From contig CM097885.1 in assembly GCA_044892525.1 (NCBI GenBank), positions 238,268,001 through 238,332,000 on the forward strand: a DNA stretch of 64,000 bases. The letters are read 5' to 3'. The notes beneath the pieces were generated by a model that did not search any database, was not told the origin of the DNA, and worked only from the letters and a program-made list of their open reading frames with translations. Source of the stretch: Schmidtea polychroa (Eukaryota). Numbering within the stretch: the stretch's first letter is position 1; each line of letters begins with the position of its first letter. The translations under genes and the position numbers were made by a program. Positions 1 through 20,048 of this stretch are shown here, in pieces.

Positions 1-885
1 TTTTGAATTCTGTTCCGATAATATCGTCCTTATCCGCACCTATTTCCCTTGATTTGTCTTTCTGCGCGAATCTCTTGCCCATGGTTTTAGTTATTTATTA
101 TATTCATTTTATTATATATAATCCATATCCCGTTTATCCCATTTTTCTCGCATTTCCCGATTAAATTCGGTTACATTTGTTCAGTTATTCGTTCGCGTGC
201 TTATCCCCCCTTTTTCTTATTTAAATTTTATTATTTCATTTATTTACATTTTCCCATCGTTGATATTTGCAGTTTTTGTATTTTTGTTTTTATATTTTTA
301 TTTATCGCCATTTTGATTTCAGTTATTCATACAATATTCCAGTACTTAATTTCGTTACCTTGTTATATTTACAACAAAACTTTCATTCCTCACCCAAAAA
401 TTCAACATTCATTTTCATCATACCAATATCTATATATAAGATTTATGTATTTGGGAAAACAATAGACTTCTTACTTTTTATATCGACTTTTGTGCTTCCC
501 GATAATATATTTTCACGGTTCTTTCACCAAAAAAATTTACCTGATCCCAGCTGAGCCCCCAAATTTGTATGGTGGGTTACAGGTGGTCAGACATTTCACC
601 CTCTCGTGCTGTTTCCAGCGCAACCCAGAATACAAGCTTGATTTTGCCAATTGACACCCGATGAGCGATCACCGTTGGTACTGTGCCAACTGGGGGAGTG
701 CTCGCAAAAAGTGAGTGCACTACTGGCACTATAATTGTCAAGCACTCCTTGGGTCCACGGACTATCGTTAGAAGATTTGTGTCCGATTTCATTGGTCCCC
801 TACTTCTATAGTTTTCCCAAAAACACCACGCCCATCTCATCACTCATCTTCATCATTCAGCATACAAAAATTCAACTTCAACTAT

Positions 886-1380
886 CTACGTTTTATTTAC
901 ATCCATCGGTCCTGCACATGAACTGTCAAGTAGCGCGGACTTTCTCGCTTCCTCTTCGAATTTTTGTTCGGCGAGCCGTAACCGTTTGAGTCGCTCACGC
1001 CCATCTCGGCCCAACCGTTTTCGCTTGGCCTTGGGTTTAGGTGGGTGCATTTCGGCCAGTTCTATCGTCATGGGCCGGATCGCCGCCGTGACGTGCTCAT
1101 CAATGGCCCGTTGGTTCAATTTTGTTTCCATGGCCCGCAACTGAAGCTTTAGGGCCCGTATCTCGGTTTTGTCCTGAGTACTCTGGAGCTGCAGTTGTTC
1201 GATCTGCTTCAGGTACTTATGGGCCAACTCCGGGCGGATCCAACTCTGTTCCATCTGCCGACAACGTTCCTTGAATTGGCTGACACTAAGTTGCAGCCGC
1301 TCTGCTTGCTGCTGCGCCTGCTCCCTGTCTTTCCGGAGTCCCTCGAACAGTTTGAACACTGAAGTAAAATATACAATCAA
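886..1380 (-). CDS. Orphan coiled-coil/basic ORF, probably repeat-derived
   Basis: 164-aa ORF in a GC-richer island. Q/E/R coiled-coil region followed by PKPKAKRKRLGR, similar to PNKPKRKQLSR in the 14560 ORF. The listed start is TTG, and a splice-acceptor-like TTTTACTTCAG lies near 1359. Confidence 0.35.
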   Translation of the reverse strand: MIVYFTSVFKLFEGLRKDREQAQQQAERLQLSVSQFKERCRQMEQSWIRPELAHKYLKQIEQLQLQSTQDKTEIRALKLQLRAMETKLNQRAIDEHVTAAIRPMTIELAEMHPPKPKAKRKRLGRDGRERLKRLRLAEQKFEEEARKSALLDSSCAGPMDVNKT

Positions 1381-1663
1381 CCAATTTTACCGTAATCCCT
1401 TTTTCATAATTGCCGGTCTCTATAAATCGAAACTCGGGTGCCCTATGTATGTATACAAATTTCCGTCGTGTTGATGGTCAGGGTGATAACGTCTCGATTG
1501 TTATATAACGCAATTTATTACAGTAACAACACCTAGAACGACACATCGAAACAAGGAAAAACAATATGTTTATTAAACCAGGATTGTGACGAATCACTAG
1601 AGTCAAACTAAAATCACTAAAACCATAATAAAATGTAAGTTCATTCCCAAGATCACTGAGGTC

Positions 1664-2035
1664 TCAGTTTCGGGGAGCCTTCTTGCAGGGTCGGCCCCGC
1701 CTCCTCGCCGGTGTCGGTTCCACGTCCACTTCTTCTAACGGCTGACCGGTTTCAACGGCCCGGAGCTGAGCCTCGATCAGGCGGAGTTCGCGTTGGGCCA
1801 GAGCGATGGCGTTCATGGTGCGATCTCTGGCCTCGACGAGCCAATTATTGTCCGGCTCGGTCTTTACCCATACTGGCGCGTTCGCCTCGGGGCCTGCTCG
1901 AATCACCCGGTTTGAGCAGTCTAGATCTCGACCCTGACTCCACCGATGGATGTGGTGCCAGATGTGCCTGGATAGGAGGCGCTCGTCCGTTGCTTCGCAT
2001 TGTTCCACTTCCCTCTGATCCTTCAAATTCGACAT
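1664..2035 (-). CDS. Orphan ORF with C-terminal basic motif (RRRGRP)
   Basis: 123-aa ATG-started ORF, GC-richer than its flanks. An AG acceptor-like site precedes the ATG and AATAAA follows near 1570 (- strand). No recognisable family. Confidence 0.35.
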   Translation of the reverse strand: MSNLKDQREVEQCEATDERLLSRHIWHHIHRWSQGRDLDCSNRVIRAGPEANAPVWVKTEPDNNWLVEARDRTMNAIALAQRELRLIEAQLRAVETGQPLEEVDVEPTPARRRGRPCKKAPRN

Positions 2036-2189
2036 TCTACAATTTTCATTATAGGTTACTACTAATTTTATTTAAATTATCACGCTGACTAGCAATGTAA
2101 AGTATTATCGTTTTATTATTAATTTTCCGTTTCTGTCTAATTAAAATGGTTCATTTATGATATTAATTTTCCTATCTATTGAAAATTTA

Positions 2190-2355
2190 TTCATTCATGA
2201 TACAAATTTTCTCACTTATTTAAAATTGTTCGTTTATGATATTCATTTTCCTACTCATTTAAAATTATTCATTTATTATACAAATTTTCCCACTTATTTA
2301 AAATTGTTCATTTATGATATTCATTTTCCTACTCATTTAAAATTATTCATTTATT
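2190..2355. repeat. Short tandem repeat, ~40-bp units alternating with ~80-bp period
   Basis: Recurring TTTTCCTACTCATTTAAAATTATTCATTT and CACTTATTTAAAATTGTTC. Confidence 0.75.
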
Positions 2356-3719
2356 CTATTACTTTTCTTTTTCATTTTGTTTAAATTTATCTATTTAGGA
2401 ATCCCTTTTTAAATCGAAGAGCGCTCCGACCAAAAAAAAAATTATGTGTCTGTGGCCAATGAGGACTCGCTATCGTAAAAATTTCAGGTAATTGCACCGA
2501 TTCTTCATTATTTACTTTCCGTGTTTTGGTTTCAGCCGATGAGCGCCCCAGAAGATCCATTCGGCCACTCTGACACAGAAGCCATGCACCTCTCAACTGG
2601 GTGAATATGAACTGGACTTTCTGTGTCCCTCCATCGATTATGACTGGGCAGATTGAACCTCTGCGAAGAGCTATTGGGGGTCAGTTGCCCCGGTGAATTT
2701 ATTATGAATAAATGAGGTTTAAATTTGATTTTGTTCTTTAACTCTTCGTTTTATAATTGTACAAATTTTACCTTTTCGTTTTCGTGTTGCAATCCGGAAC
2801 TGGGAGATGATCAAGTATAATTATTTTGGAGAAATTTTCCTAAATTTGGTACTTAACGAATATATATACCTAATATGTTTATCAAATAGTACTAGCCGAG
2901 TTGTGCATTTATAACGGATATATAGGTAATATGGTTATAAGGAAATTCTCAACTTTATAAGCAAGGTAACTTGATTAGTCCATTGACTAATAATCCTAGG
3001 TAATTTATGAACCTCGCAAGCGGGGTGTGTCTAATTGCTATAGTTATTGATCGACTTGTAGGCAATGTATATATAATTAATGGATTCATTAATGGGTATA
3101 GAGGGTTTATAAATTTTATAAGTGATATATTTATTCGTAGTCATGGGGGATGTATGAGTTGTACCAAGTATATATAATGACCATATGGATTCGTGGCTGA
3201 TCTAGGATTTGGTAAATAATGTATAAGCATAGTTAATTTATTTATCATTAGACGTAAATGATTTGTCGATGGTATAAGTGATAAATACATAAATAATAGG
3301 CCTAATAACAATTATCGATTTATGAGTAGTATACCTAAGTAATATCATATATGAGGTATTCTATGGGTTAGCTTGGGATGTATAAATGATATAAATAGGG
3401 TTTCTAAGTACTATCAAGTGGTCGAATATAAGCCCTGAACACCGGGGGTGATTTATAACATTATAATGTATAAGTAAGATTATCTGTATAATGACGAGTT
3501 AGTCTTAATCGTGGATGAACTAGACGATTTAAAAATAATGTGGAAATGATTGCTATATTTATAAATGAGTAGTAGCCTACTACTAGTAGGGTTTATAACT
3601 AATAGATGAAAATGCATTCAAATAGCTCCCGAGAGTTTACGACTTCATAAGTAGTACATATACGAGTGGTAGTGATACGAAATATACATCATAGGTATTA
3701 AATTCATCAGTAATATATA

Positions 3720-4000
3720 GGAGTAGTATTGACAGAAATTATGATCTGCAAGTTTATGAGTAGTATATTCTAGTAGTATTAATATGAAGTATAAATTATA
3801 ATTTGTACTCTTATAAGTAACATGTTTGAGTAGTATTGACAAAAAAAAATAAATTATGATTTGTAATTTTATAAGTAGTATATATCAGTAATATATCAAT
3901 ATGAAGTATAAATTATAATTTGCACTTTTATAAGTAATATATTCGAGCAGTATTGATCAAAAAAAAATTAAATTATGATTGGTAATTCTATAAGTAGTAT
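3720..4000. repeat. Degenerate ~110-120-bp tandem repeat (about 2.5 copies)
   Basis: AGTAGTATTGA...AAATTATGAT recurs three times and AATATGAAGTATAAATTATAATTTG twice. Confidence 0.7.
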
Positions 4001-5447
4001 ACATTAGGAATATAACATAATATTTTGTAAGTAATATATGCAGTAACGCATTTATTAATGGTTAATGAGTTTCACGAGCAAGGCATGTAGGATGATTGTA
4101 CCGATTAGTGAACATCATAATTAAAAAGTATATACCTAATAATATACTTAGTAGCAATCGGGGAAGGTCTATAAGTTTTATAAATAGGTTATATAATTTC
4201 AATATATCCATTAGTTGAGGTAGATAAGCAGTATATTTAATACTAAATTTTGGACATCGATGTAGGATCGTAATTTAAAAAAAATTCATATGTTTATTAA
4301 CTTATAATTTCCTAAAAAGACCGATTAGTGTAAGTTTATAGTTGATCCATACAATTGTAAGGTTTTTTATTATATAGTGCATAAGTGTATAATTTATATA
4401 ATGTATATATATAATTGTAGGGTTTATTTGTTATATAATTCATAAGTATATAACTGGTAATTTATACAAGCCATAATTCATATATAATTTACAATTTAGT
4501 ATTTACAATTTAAAATTTATATTTAATTTATATCTCATGTGATTTATAAGTTTACATCCAATTATAGGTTTATACTCTATTATCAGCTTTTAGAAAGTGC
4601 AATCTTATGAAAAATTAATCCCGCATAATTTTATAGTTTATATCAAATTATAGAGTAAGATTTATACTTTTATACATAGATTGGTAGTCGGGAATACTAG
4701 TTAAAAAAAAAAAGTTTTTTAATTTCCTAATCAATACTCTTATAATCGGTGGTAATTCATAAATTTAACTTGAAAGAGGTTTAGCCAACTACATATTTGG
4801 TGTATTGTAGTTAATTTAAGTCCGGAGCTCTACTCCATTTTTCATCCTTAGGGTAGTGTATCACTGTGGAATTTTAATGTATAGATTATATGTACATTAT
4901 GCGTGTGAAAAGTCAATTTACAGCAAATATTGCCTGCTTTCGGGGCCTCACTGTGCTCCCTACGACAAGCCCTTATTGTGAATGTAAGCGGTAATATACT
5001 ACCGTGTATTATAATATCGATAACGAGTTCCGCGAACTCCATCGCCCGGAGGTGATTCATCGACGAACCCAGCGGCGTATACCACTGAGTCGGTACGACC
5101 TCCGACGACCCCACCATTATAATATTGAGGTGCATGCCAGGCAGTGGCCTGCTTACGTCAAGGCTGCGTGCACAATGACGTTGTAAATATTGATGCCCAT
5201 TTGGTATGTGAGACGGACCAAAATCGATGATAAATTCGATCGATGTTGGCCCCTCTAAAAAAATTTAAAAGGGGGTTCATTAATTAGAATCCTTTGGAGA
5301 TTAATGCATAATAAATATTTAATATATATACCAAATACATGATAAAAATAAACAACTGCATCAAATAAAAGAACAATTCTTACTTAAATATTTCTGATGA
5401 AGTTATAATAATAACAAGAAAAAAATTTTTTGGCATAAAGATTAACT

Positions 5448-6090
5448 TGTGACTAAAATGCGTCGGTATATATACCTATTTTGTACACGTGTATGTATTG
5501 ATGCATTAAAACAAACTCGACTTCCTTTTATTCCAGAATTTTCTATTTTACGATTTTGCTATTTTTAATGGCAATTTTTGTGCCATAATTTTTGTTTTTA
5601 TTTTTATCTTTTTATTTTTTACTTATTTTTCATTAATTTTACGTCCATGATGGATTTGGAACGGTTCCAGAACATTCTATTTTACTTTTAATTTAATTTT
5701 TATTTTAACTGATATTTTTATGAATTTCTTTTTTGAGATTTTTGGTTTTAATACTAATTTATTTATTTTCCTTAACTTTTGTTGTTCTAGATGACTTTTG
5801 TGTTGGCCATCGCCATTTTTATAGAATGTTCTGGGTTTTTCTGGAATGTTTTACTGTTTTTATCGTCTTTTAAGTTATTCGAGTTTGCTTTTTGTGACTT
5901 TGTTTTTATTTGGTTATTTTTGAGTTAGATTTTGCATAACTTCTTGCTCTTGTATAATTTTATTTACTTTCGGTGTTTATATTTTTCTGTTGTTTTCTCT
6001 TTTAATCAATATTGTTTATTTGGTGTATTTTTGATATTTAATTATACTTTTTGCTTTTTCCATGTTATGTACCTACGCATTCTAGTCACA
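5448..6090. mobile_element. MITE-like element with TGT...ACA terminal inverted repeats
   Basis: Left end TGTGACTAAAATGCGTCGGTA; right end reverse-complements to TGTGACTAGAATGCGTAGGTA. Non-coding; no clear TSD. Confidence 0.6.
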
Positions 6091-6127
6091 ATTATAGTTG
6101 GGATCTAGAAGTCAGTTCTAGCCCAAC

Positions 6128-6137
6128 ATTATTATTA

Positions 6138-6182
<45 letters not shown>
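6128..6182. repeat. (ATT)n microsatellite
   Basis: Directly visible. Confidence 0.95.
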
Positions 6183-7772
6183 GTTCCTTCTTCGCAATTC
6201 ATATAGAAAAGAAACAAAGTTGTAATAATTATCAAAATAAGCTTAAGTTTTACTTATGTCAATCAAGGTCCTGATGTGGGAACTCCGGCTCTTGGTGTTT
6301 ATTAGGTCTGGAATTTGTCATATTTAATAGTTTCGTAACTAAAATTTCTCTTTCTTTTTCGCCTCTTATACTAATGCTTTATTTCCTTAGTGTTCCTAAC
6401 CGTACTAGTGGTTGATCATACTGGTATGCCTATTATTGACTTTTTTCGATGCACACCGACTGACTTATAATTTTTTTTCGTGCCTGTGATGGGCCAATTG
6501 ATTCCGACACGAATCATCCCACGTCTTCATAGTAGCAGTGTCGTATTGATCTAATCATTGATATTAATTTTGTGGCAATGTTTAATTTTCATATGTTAAA
6601 GAAACAATAATTGGTGCTTCTTTGCAGGACGTTTGTCATGGTTCACAGTCTACCCGATCTCCCGCAACATAATTTGCGGGTCCTAAACTGTCTTGAATGA
6701 TAAAGATCAAGTGAAGTGACAGAATTGTTGATATAATTGAGTTCTCGATAATATTCATACTGTTTGTTATTTTTTTTTGCCTACAATGGTGATAAAACAC
6801 ACTTCATTGGTAGATCATTTTATGCACATCTTGTAACTTTCATGTCACTATTCAATTCCTTAACGTTCTTAATGTCCTCAAGGGTTAGGATTAAGGTTAA
6901 TTATTATGTTTTATTTAAATTCTTTAAATTTTTGATTTTTATTTTAATTCCTTTGTCTGATTGGGTTTTGCCATTGTCCTTTATTTCAGCGTCATTTCAT
7001 TGGATATTCTGATTATTTTTCATTGATCTATATTTTTTTCCTTGGGGATTTCTTTGTCTTTCTGTCACCAATATATTTCTTGTGCAGCTTCTTGCTTCAT
7101 TTAATTTATTAATAGTTTATTTAATTATTTTAATTTAATTGTTTTTGCTTATTTGAACTGTATAACTTTTTATTTTGATTTTTTATTGGCTGCTTGATGT
7201 TTTTGTGCTTTATCGCCTTGGTTTCGATTTATTTACGGCCAGTTTATTATTTTATTAGTTTTATTAGGTTACTGATTTTTGTTTCATTTCAGTTGGTTCG
7301 ATACAATCTACTCAGTTCAACCCATCAATGGCAACCACATAAACCTAAAGGTCCGTCAGGGCATTATCAGCCTTGTTGCAAAGACTCTCATTTTGCTTAC
7401 GACCACCTACTAGTGCACAGGTCCAAAGTCATTTGCATCAGGTGAATAAAGACTATTAGAAGCTGCTAACACATCTTCTAAATTATTTTTTAAATCCGGT
7501 TCAAAAGTAACCGTCATAATTCCAAGTATTTATTATGACATGTTGTATAATTTTAAACAATAAAAATTTCTTTAAAAAACAAATTTAAGATAATCGAGGT
7601 TTGATATGTTTTAAATCAATGAAACTTAATATCTTGTTTTTCATTCAATCAAATTAAGGTTATTTAAAAATTTCATATTATAATATGTTAGAATTTTACT
7701 ATTTGTTTCAATATTAGTTGTATGACATAAAACTTCAATATTTGATATTGATTAATACTAAATATTAATTTA

Positions 7773-12254
<4,482 letters not shown>

Positions 12255-12676
12255 TTTCAAATGAGTTCGGTTTTTATTATCAAAAATTAAAATATTTTTA
12301 TTACAACCTATGTATGAGTTTCATTAGTCTTTATTTTCTATTTTATTATTAATACTAATAATATTAATAATATATTAAGTCTATAAAAAACAAATTAATT
12401 AAAACTAATTAATCAGTAATGGAAAGCCCGAGCCAATGGGAAGTCTTAACCCATTGGAAACCCGAGCGCTGAAAAATTATATTCACATGGTATCAGAAAA
12501 TTCATAATCACAAATACGAGTAACGGTGTAAGAGGTACATGTAGTCTGTACAGCTAGTCCAGAATGATCGTGCTTTAACAGCCATTCCGTTCTATATCGG
12601 CCACGAGAGCGTCCAATTCGAACTCATTGTCTTCTGCCGATGGTAGATATGCCCTTCCGGCACCTCCGGGGGTTCT

Positions 12677-13042
12677 CTAGTTGCCACTACATCGCCCACT
12701 TCTTCGCGTTCTTTTTGGCTTTAGACAGGTTGCGCCTCTTGGACTTGTTTGCTGGAGACACCGGGTGAGCACACTCAGGTCTACGACAGAAGAAGAATTT
12801 TCAGCAGCCCTGAGTCCAGATGTACGAGTCTCGAGCTCACGTGCTGTGTAGACGAGATAAAGAGCCTGAGATTTCTCCTGTATCAAGGTCCTCTGGGCCC
12901 TGCTCTCTGTAATTATGGTATCACGGCAGTGCTCCAGGCGATTTTTGTCATGTTTTTCTTTGCCATTACTTCTCTGCTTGACCACCATTCTTTTTCGTTT
13001 AATTTCGGTTTTATTTTTATTTGGAACTGTACAATTTGACAT
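12677..13042 (-). pseudogene. Degraded or shortened paralogue of the 14560-15309 orphan ORF
   Basis: RLEHCRDTIITESRAQRTLIQEKSQAL aligns by eye with RSEHCRDALISESRAQGSLIKEQAEAL; ENSSSVVDLSV resembles NTSSAVIDLTI. Confidence 0.6.
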
Positions 13043-13069
13043 AATTTAATAATTTACTTTAACAACCTC

Positions 13070-14021
<952 letters not shown>

Positions 14022-14559
14022 TAATAATAATAATGTTGGGGTTGGTACTCGGTTGGCTGTTTCGTTCGTGGATAGTCTAAAGGTTGATTGCCCGTTCTGC
14101 ATAGAATACTCTCACATTTCCAACCCGGAGTAGAACCCCCCCCCCATAACTTGCACTCCAACATAGTGCCCGTGAATTGCTTCACGTTGGTACTGCACTA
14201 TGCAGGCGAGACACCAGTAAGCAGGTGAGCTTCTGCCTTAAAACTACTCCTTACTGAGGCCTCGACTTCCCATACTAGACGGCCGATAGAAGGTCTTACG
14301 TCATTTCGAACTATCCGAATATCTCAATTACCGGTGGATTTAACGCCAATTGGCTGACACTCATCAAACTTCGAAAAAATCTATGTGCATTTCTATGTTC
14401 AACCCTTACAAATGAAAAAACAACTGGAACAGAATAAATTTATTTCCTTTTCAAATATAAACAACAAAAATTAATATACACAGTTGGATGGTATGACAGA
14501 GGGCCATACGTAGTAGTAATAATACAGTCGATATTCACTAGACTTTCTGCTTAAGAGTC

Positions 14560-15309
14560 TCATTTTTCCCACTCGGTATCTCGTAATAAATCATCGATGT
14601 CGAAGAATTCAGAAGCGTTTTCTTCCCATGCTACGCCTGCGGCTGATATAATTCGCGCGGGGACCCCAATGGTCAAGTCTATCACCGCGGAACTGGTGTT
14701 TTGATTGGTCGGATTTTCCGCAGAGGCCTTGCTCTGACTACCTAGATTGCGTTCGCGCTGTCTCTTTTTGCGCTCCGCACGTGACAGTTGTTTGCGCTTA
14801 GGCTTGTTCGGAGCTGCAGTTTGTTGAAGCGTAGTTGATGTGGACGTACTAGGGGTTAACGCCTTGCTAGTACCCCTGATGATAATATCTGGCTGCTTGG
14901 GCGACAGTTCTGCTTCGACGCAACCTTGACAAGATCTTTTGAGCGGTGGAGACAGATTTGAGGAAGTATTATGATGAGGCGGGAAGATATTGTCGGCTTC
15001 TTTGATTGGGATCTGTACGATCTTCCGTGTTGTGGCTGCTTGCACGTAGGCTTTGTGCAGCGCTTCTGCCTGTTCTTTAATAAGACTTCCTTGGGCACGG
15101 CTCTCAGATATTAGCGCGTCCCGGCAATGCTCGCTACGATGGAGCTTCTTTTGGGTCTCCTTCATTTGAACGGGGGTGAACCAAGTGCCCTCCAGTTCAT
15201 CTATCTTCTTCTTGTATCGCCCGATTTGGGTTTGAAGATCCTTTATTATCGTGTTTTTATCCGCGCAAGAGAAGCACGGACGTAATACTGATTTAGTGGC
15301 TGGCATCAT
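14560..15309 (-). CDS. Orphan ~250-aa protein (CxxC, coiled coil, basic NLS-like tract, acidic tail)
   Basis: Long open frame in a GC-richer island. Likely start MMPATK at 15309, just after an acceptor-like TTTATAG. Motifs PCFSC, SCQGC, KPKRKQLSRAERKKRQR, VIDLT. Paralogue at 12677-13042. Confidence 0.5.
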   Translation of the reverse strand: MMPATKSVLRPCFSCADKNTIIKDLQTQIGRYKKKIDELEGTWFTPVQMKETQKKLHRSEHCRDALISESRAQGSLIKEQAEALHKAYVQAATTRKIVQIPIKEADNIFPPHHNTSSNLSPPLKRSCQGCVEAELSPKQPDIIIRGTSKALTPSTSTSTTLQQTAAPNKPKRKQLSRAERKKRQRERNLGSQSKASAENPTNQNTSSAVIDLTIGVPARIISAAGVAWEENASEFFDIDDLLRDTEWEK

Positions 15310-17464
15310 GCTTGCTATAAAGAATACGAATGAAATGTAGAATATATTATTTTTGAGACAAATTAGATTCGACCTATAGTCATTCATGGATGCTTGACCG
15401 ATGAAAAGAAGAGAAAACTTATTCTACAATCCGGTTTTACTACAGATCTTATTTACTAAAACGGCTTATTTAACCAAATGTTATCGACTCGACGAATGCT
15501 ATTGCCTTCGATTCTCTACTGATCTAACTGTATACATGAGGGATGTAGTAGTTAATAGTATTATAAGCATAATATTGACAAGGTAATACAATAACGCTTT
15601 AGTAAAGGGAACATTATAATATTCAATCAAAAAAATTTTATAGGTTATCTATTTTAATTTATCAAAAACAAATCACGGATATTTCGCTAACTAATTAGTG
15701 GGGAACTATCGCTATCCCTCAACATATTTTAATTCAAAATTCATTATTGGAAGTACTTTATTGATTCAACAGTTAATTTGGTTATCTGTGCTGTCTACTA
15801 TTTATCTGGGAGAACGTCTGAAAGTTTTTCACATGTGCGTGAGGATTCCCCATCAGCTGTTGCCTTAACACCCTAATTTACATTATTTCGTAGAGATGAG
15901 AAATCTCACCGGTCACGACATATGTCTAAATTTACTGCTACTGATGTTGACTAGTTGATTTTCCCTAAAAATTGTTAAATCGCTTACGAAAACTTAGCAA
16001 GTTATATATTTAATTATTTTTAAAAAGGAACTAATTAAATAGTAAAATTTGATACACTTCCACCTTTAATTCATTATATTTAATTATTTATTTGCAAAAC
16101 AACGAGTTTAGGAATTACAACAGTTGGGCTTAAGAACGTACAATCGCGCAATAGCGGTTATCATGACTCGGTATTCACTTTCTCTGTGGCCGATGATTCT
16201 TATCTAATCATTGGAAACTACTGGCTGCGTGTTGGCAAGAAGTTCTCATGTCAATCGGTAAATGTGAACTCGCTTATTGCTGAGTCTAATCGCAGAAAAA
16301 AACAAATGGGTGACACATGGAAAATTTTCTCATCTGATTACGTTAGTAGTGATGACATTATCGCAAATGGGTGTATACCGATGGATTCATTCCGGGTCTT
16401 GTGATTGGTGTGTGCCTGTGAGTGTAGTTACTCCACTAAATTCTAATCCGATTGGTAATTTTGATTGAAATTCCTGATGTTGAATTCACTGAGTTGATCT
16501 TAGCCGATATGAAAAATTTAGTTGTCAATCCCCTCTCGTCGTTATTTTGGAATATACTACTTTTGTGGATATTTTATTAAATCATTCGGAATGCCTTCTC
16601 TAATCTCAACTCGTTGAGGACGATTATTTTGGGAATTTAGCAGGTGAATTTTTATGCACTGGCCCACGTATAGGCCGTTCGGGGTAGTTTTTATTTTATG
16701 TAATAATAACCAAAATATAAATTTTATATGTGTTGACTTGTTTTTAATTGAAATTTTTGATTATAATCTGCTACATGAATCTCTTACTGTCAGAATCGGT
16801 GTTCCCAAAAAATGAAGTTGCTTGTTAAACTGATTGCGAATGGTTGTTTTGAAAGGAGGAAACAATTTTGTCGATATACGAGGTTTACCCTACTGACGGA
16901 ATTAAAGTATTTCAACTCGGTGGCCGAAGATAAAGAATTTTCGAATGCGAGTGTTGTAAAATCGTTGTTAATACGAAGGTGATAGACCCGCTCAGTCACT
17001 GTGAACCACTACCCTTATTCCAATAAATCAGATATCACTACACTCCTTCGGTTCTACTTTCCCATTTTTTATTCTAAGTCACCTTCAGCGATTGGACCCG
17101 TGAAGAAGCCTTCACATTTCGGTCCAATCTAGCTGCGTGATTGAAATACTCCATGTCCACCGGCTGAGCTCCCGAAGGCACCTCATACCATGACATGGAG
17201 TATCTCAACTCCACGTTACTCATCAAATGAAAATTCATAAAATCTCTAATTCAAAAAAAAATAAAACATAGACATCTGGATAAAAATTATTTATTGATTC
17301 TATAATACTTAAACATGCAAATTTCATTAAAACATTAAAAATTACTAAATATGGAATCAAATGAAGAGAGTTAACTAAGATGTTTAATCGCTAATATTTA
17401 ACATTACTATTGACTTTGAAAGTACTTAAATAAATCGATAAACAAATAAAATACTCCTTACTAT

Positions 17465-18077
17465 TGTTTAGGCTGAGTCAAAATTCAATGTTGTTCGTTC
17501 CAAATAAGTCTAATAGTGGTCCGTCGAATGTAGATTATGGTGATGAATAGTATTTCAGTCTCTGAACTGGTTTCGAATAGTTGTGAAGTTTTCTAAATAA
17601 CGGTTGCTTGGCTAGTAGTGCTGATCCTTGAAATAGAATTCCGTGAATAGTGAATGTCTATAAAATGCTCGGGGTTAACCGTAAATTTAATGATTTTGGT
17701 GGTTGTATATATAGCAAATTCTTATTTGTGCGGACCAATCAGAGTTGAGTACCGCTTATTTCTATTAATTTAATATAATTTTCTTGTTTTTTGGTTTTTT
17801 TTCCTTATTTTCTTTATTTTTAATATGTTTTTCTATTTATTTCCTTAATTTCCTTATTATTTCTTAAATTCCTCCTTATTTATTTGTCAACTTGTTGTTC
17901 TATTTTAATCTTTTCTTAATTTTATTTTTTGTTTTAATTCTTATGTCTTAATTATTATTTTCCTTATATCTTATTCTATTTTATCTCTTATTTCATTTAT
18001 TTTATTTTTATTTTCCTTAATGTTCTACTTTCTTACTTTCTTATTTTTCAACGATTAAATTTTCGACTCAGCCCAAC

Positions 18078-18078
<1 letters not shown>
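17465..18078. mobile_element. MITE with ~28-bp TGTT...AACA TIRs
   Basis: Left TGTTTAGGCTGAGTCAAAATTCAATGTTG; right end reverse-complements to TGTTGGGCTGAGTCGAAAATTTAATCGTTG. Followed immediately by (AAT)n. Confidence 0.7.

Positions 18079-18148
<70 letters not shown>
18078..18148. repeat. (AAT)n microsatellite
   Basis: Directly visible. Confidence 0.95.
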
Positions 18149-18151
<3 letters not shown>

Positions 18152-20048
18152 CTTCTATAATAAAAAAACCAATAAGCTTATACTATCGAAACACAAACTT
18201 ACATATGTGTAAAAATAATAATAAAAAATAAAAATAATGAAATAAAAGGTTTTAAATAGAAATAGAGAAGTGGTGTAAAAAATGAAATGAACGGGCAAAC
18301 ACAAAACAAAGTAAAAATGCATGTAAATTTTCGATACTTAGAAAAAGTTAATGAAATTAAAATTTTACAATTATTTAATTTTTGTAATGCTTGGTAGTGT
18401 AAAATTAAGAAATCACTTTGTTTGACTATATTTTTCATTTCCTCGTATTTTTAAATTAAATAAATTATCATCCAATAAAATCAATTTAAAATATAAATTT
18501 GTGTTAGATGAAAAACAAAATATTGATCGATATTCTATAAAAGAAATACTTAAAAATATTATTGAAAAAATCATTGTTGGAAAAATGAAACTTTTAATTG
18601 ACAAAATAAAATATGATAAGCTAAAATGTTTCTAACATATTAGAATAATTATCATAAAATTATATTTTTATAATCGCATTTATCATAAATTGAAGCGCCA
18701 ATTTTATATTCAAAACTCAAATTTAATGCTTTACAAAAAAAAGAATTTATAATGATTTTCATGCTTCAAACAGACTTCAGTAAATTTATAAAGGAGATGT
18801 TATTAATTAGAAAGATTAAATTGTCAAATTAAATCCCAACTATTATGTAGTAAGAGTTAATATATTTTAATCTTAGAAATTTCCAACAATTCTGGAAATT
18901 AAAATTTTTTTCTAAAATTTTACATTTATTTTTACATTCCAAATATTATTTATATTATTTGTTTTAATTAATACGGAAAATTGTTGGTTCATTCTTTGAG
19001 TTTTCGCGCTTTTGAACGATTTTCTATCAAAAATAAATAACCACCAAGTGTTTTCATATTGTTGAGATTGTGTAAATGAGTGCAGAAATCAAATTTAAGT
19101 GTACAATTAATTAAAATTCGATTGTAAAATTTAATTCAAACTCAAAAGGTGAAAATTCCAAATTTAGTTCAATGAATTAATTAAAAATTTTAAATAATAT
19201 AAAAATCAATATTATTCAGAAGGAAGTAAAATTACAATTAGATGATAATTTACAGATGGATTTAATATTTTTAAATTTATTTGGGGTAATTACGAAAATA
19301 CAAACTGATTAATTAATACAAATTCTATTGAAGAAATTAATTTTTTTTAGAAAAAAGTCATGGACTTTGATAGAGGTAATAGTGGCCTATTAAGTTGTGG
19401 TAAATTAATAAAAAATGTATATTATGCAAAGAAAAATGTAGAAAAGTTTTAAGTTACGCTCAACAACAATAATCCCCAATTGGTGATATTTTGGATTCTG
19501 ATGAAAGAGTTTACCATTGGTAAACCGACCCAAGGATTTATTATTATCGAGATTTATTATTAAACTTTCTGAATTTTGTGTATTTGTTGTAAAAAAATTA
19601 TTTTGTTAGAAATGAAAGGAACTCATTATTAAAATAAGCATCATTGTGTTCAATAGATTTTTCCTAAAATGTCCAAATGTAATTTATTCTTTGATAAAAA
19701 TCAGGATCCCTGAAATTAATTCATTACTAAACACTTAATATGTTTATTGGTACAAGGTAAATAACTTTGACACATCAACTATAAAGTGAATTTACGTTAA
19801 GGTTTCCTTTATAGTAAAATGAAGTTATTGAAAATTTCAAGGATTCTGTTTGAACTAAAAGCTCAAAAATCAACTAATAAGTTCTATGACAAATTTCGAG
19901 ATAGATTTGAGTGAAATTACCGAGTATGGAAGTTGGAAAACCTCTTCGATAGATTTATCTAAGCTGTATCAATTGACCAAAACAGTAAAAAATTTGTGTT
20001 TTATAAAATAAAGTTTCAATATCGTTGAGTCTTAGCTATAGAATAATG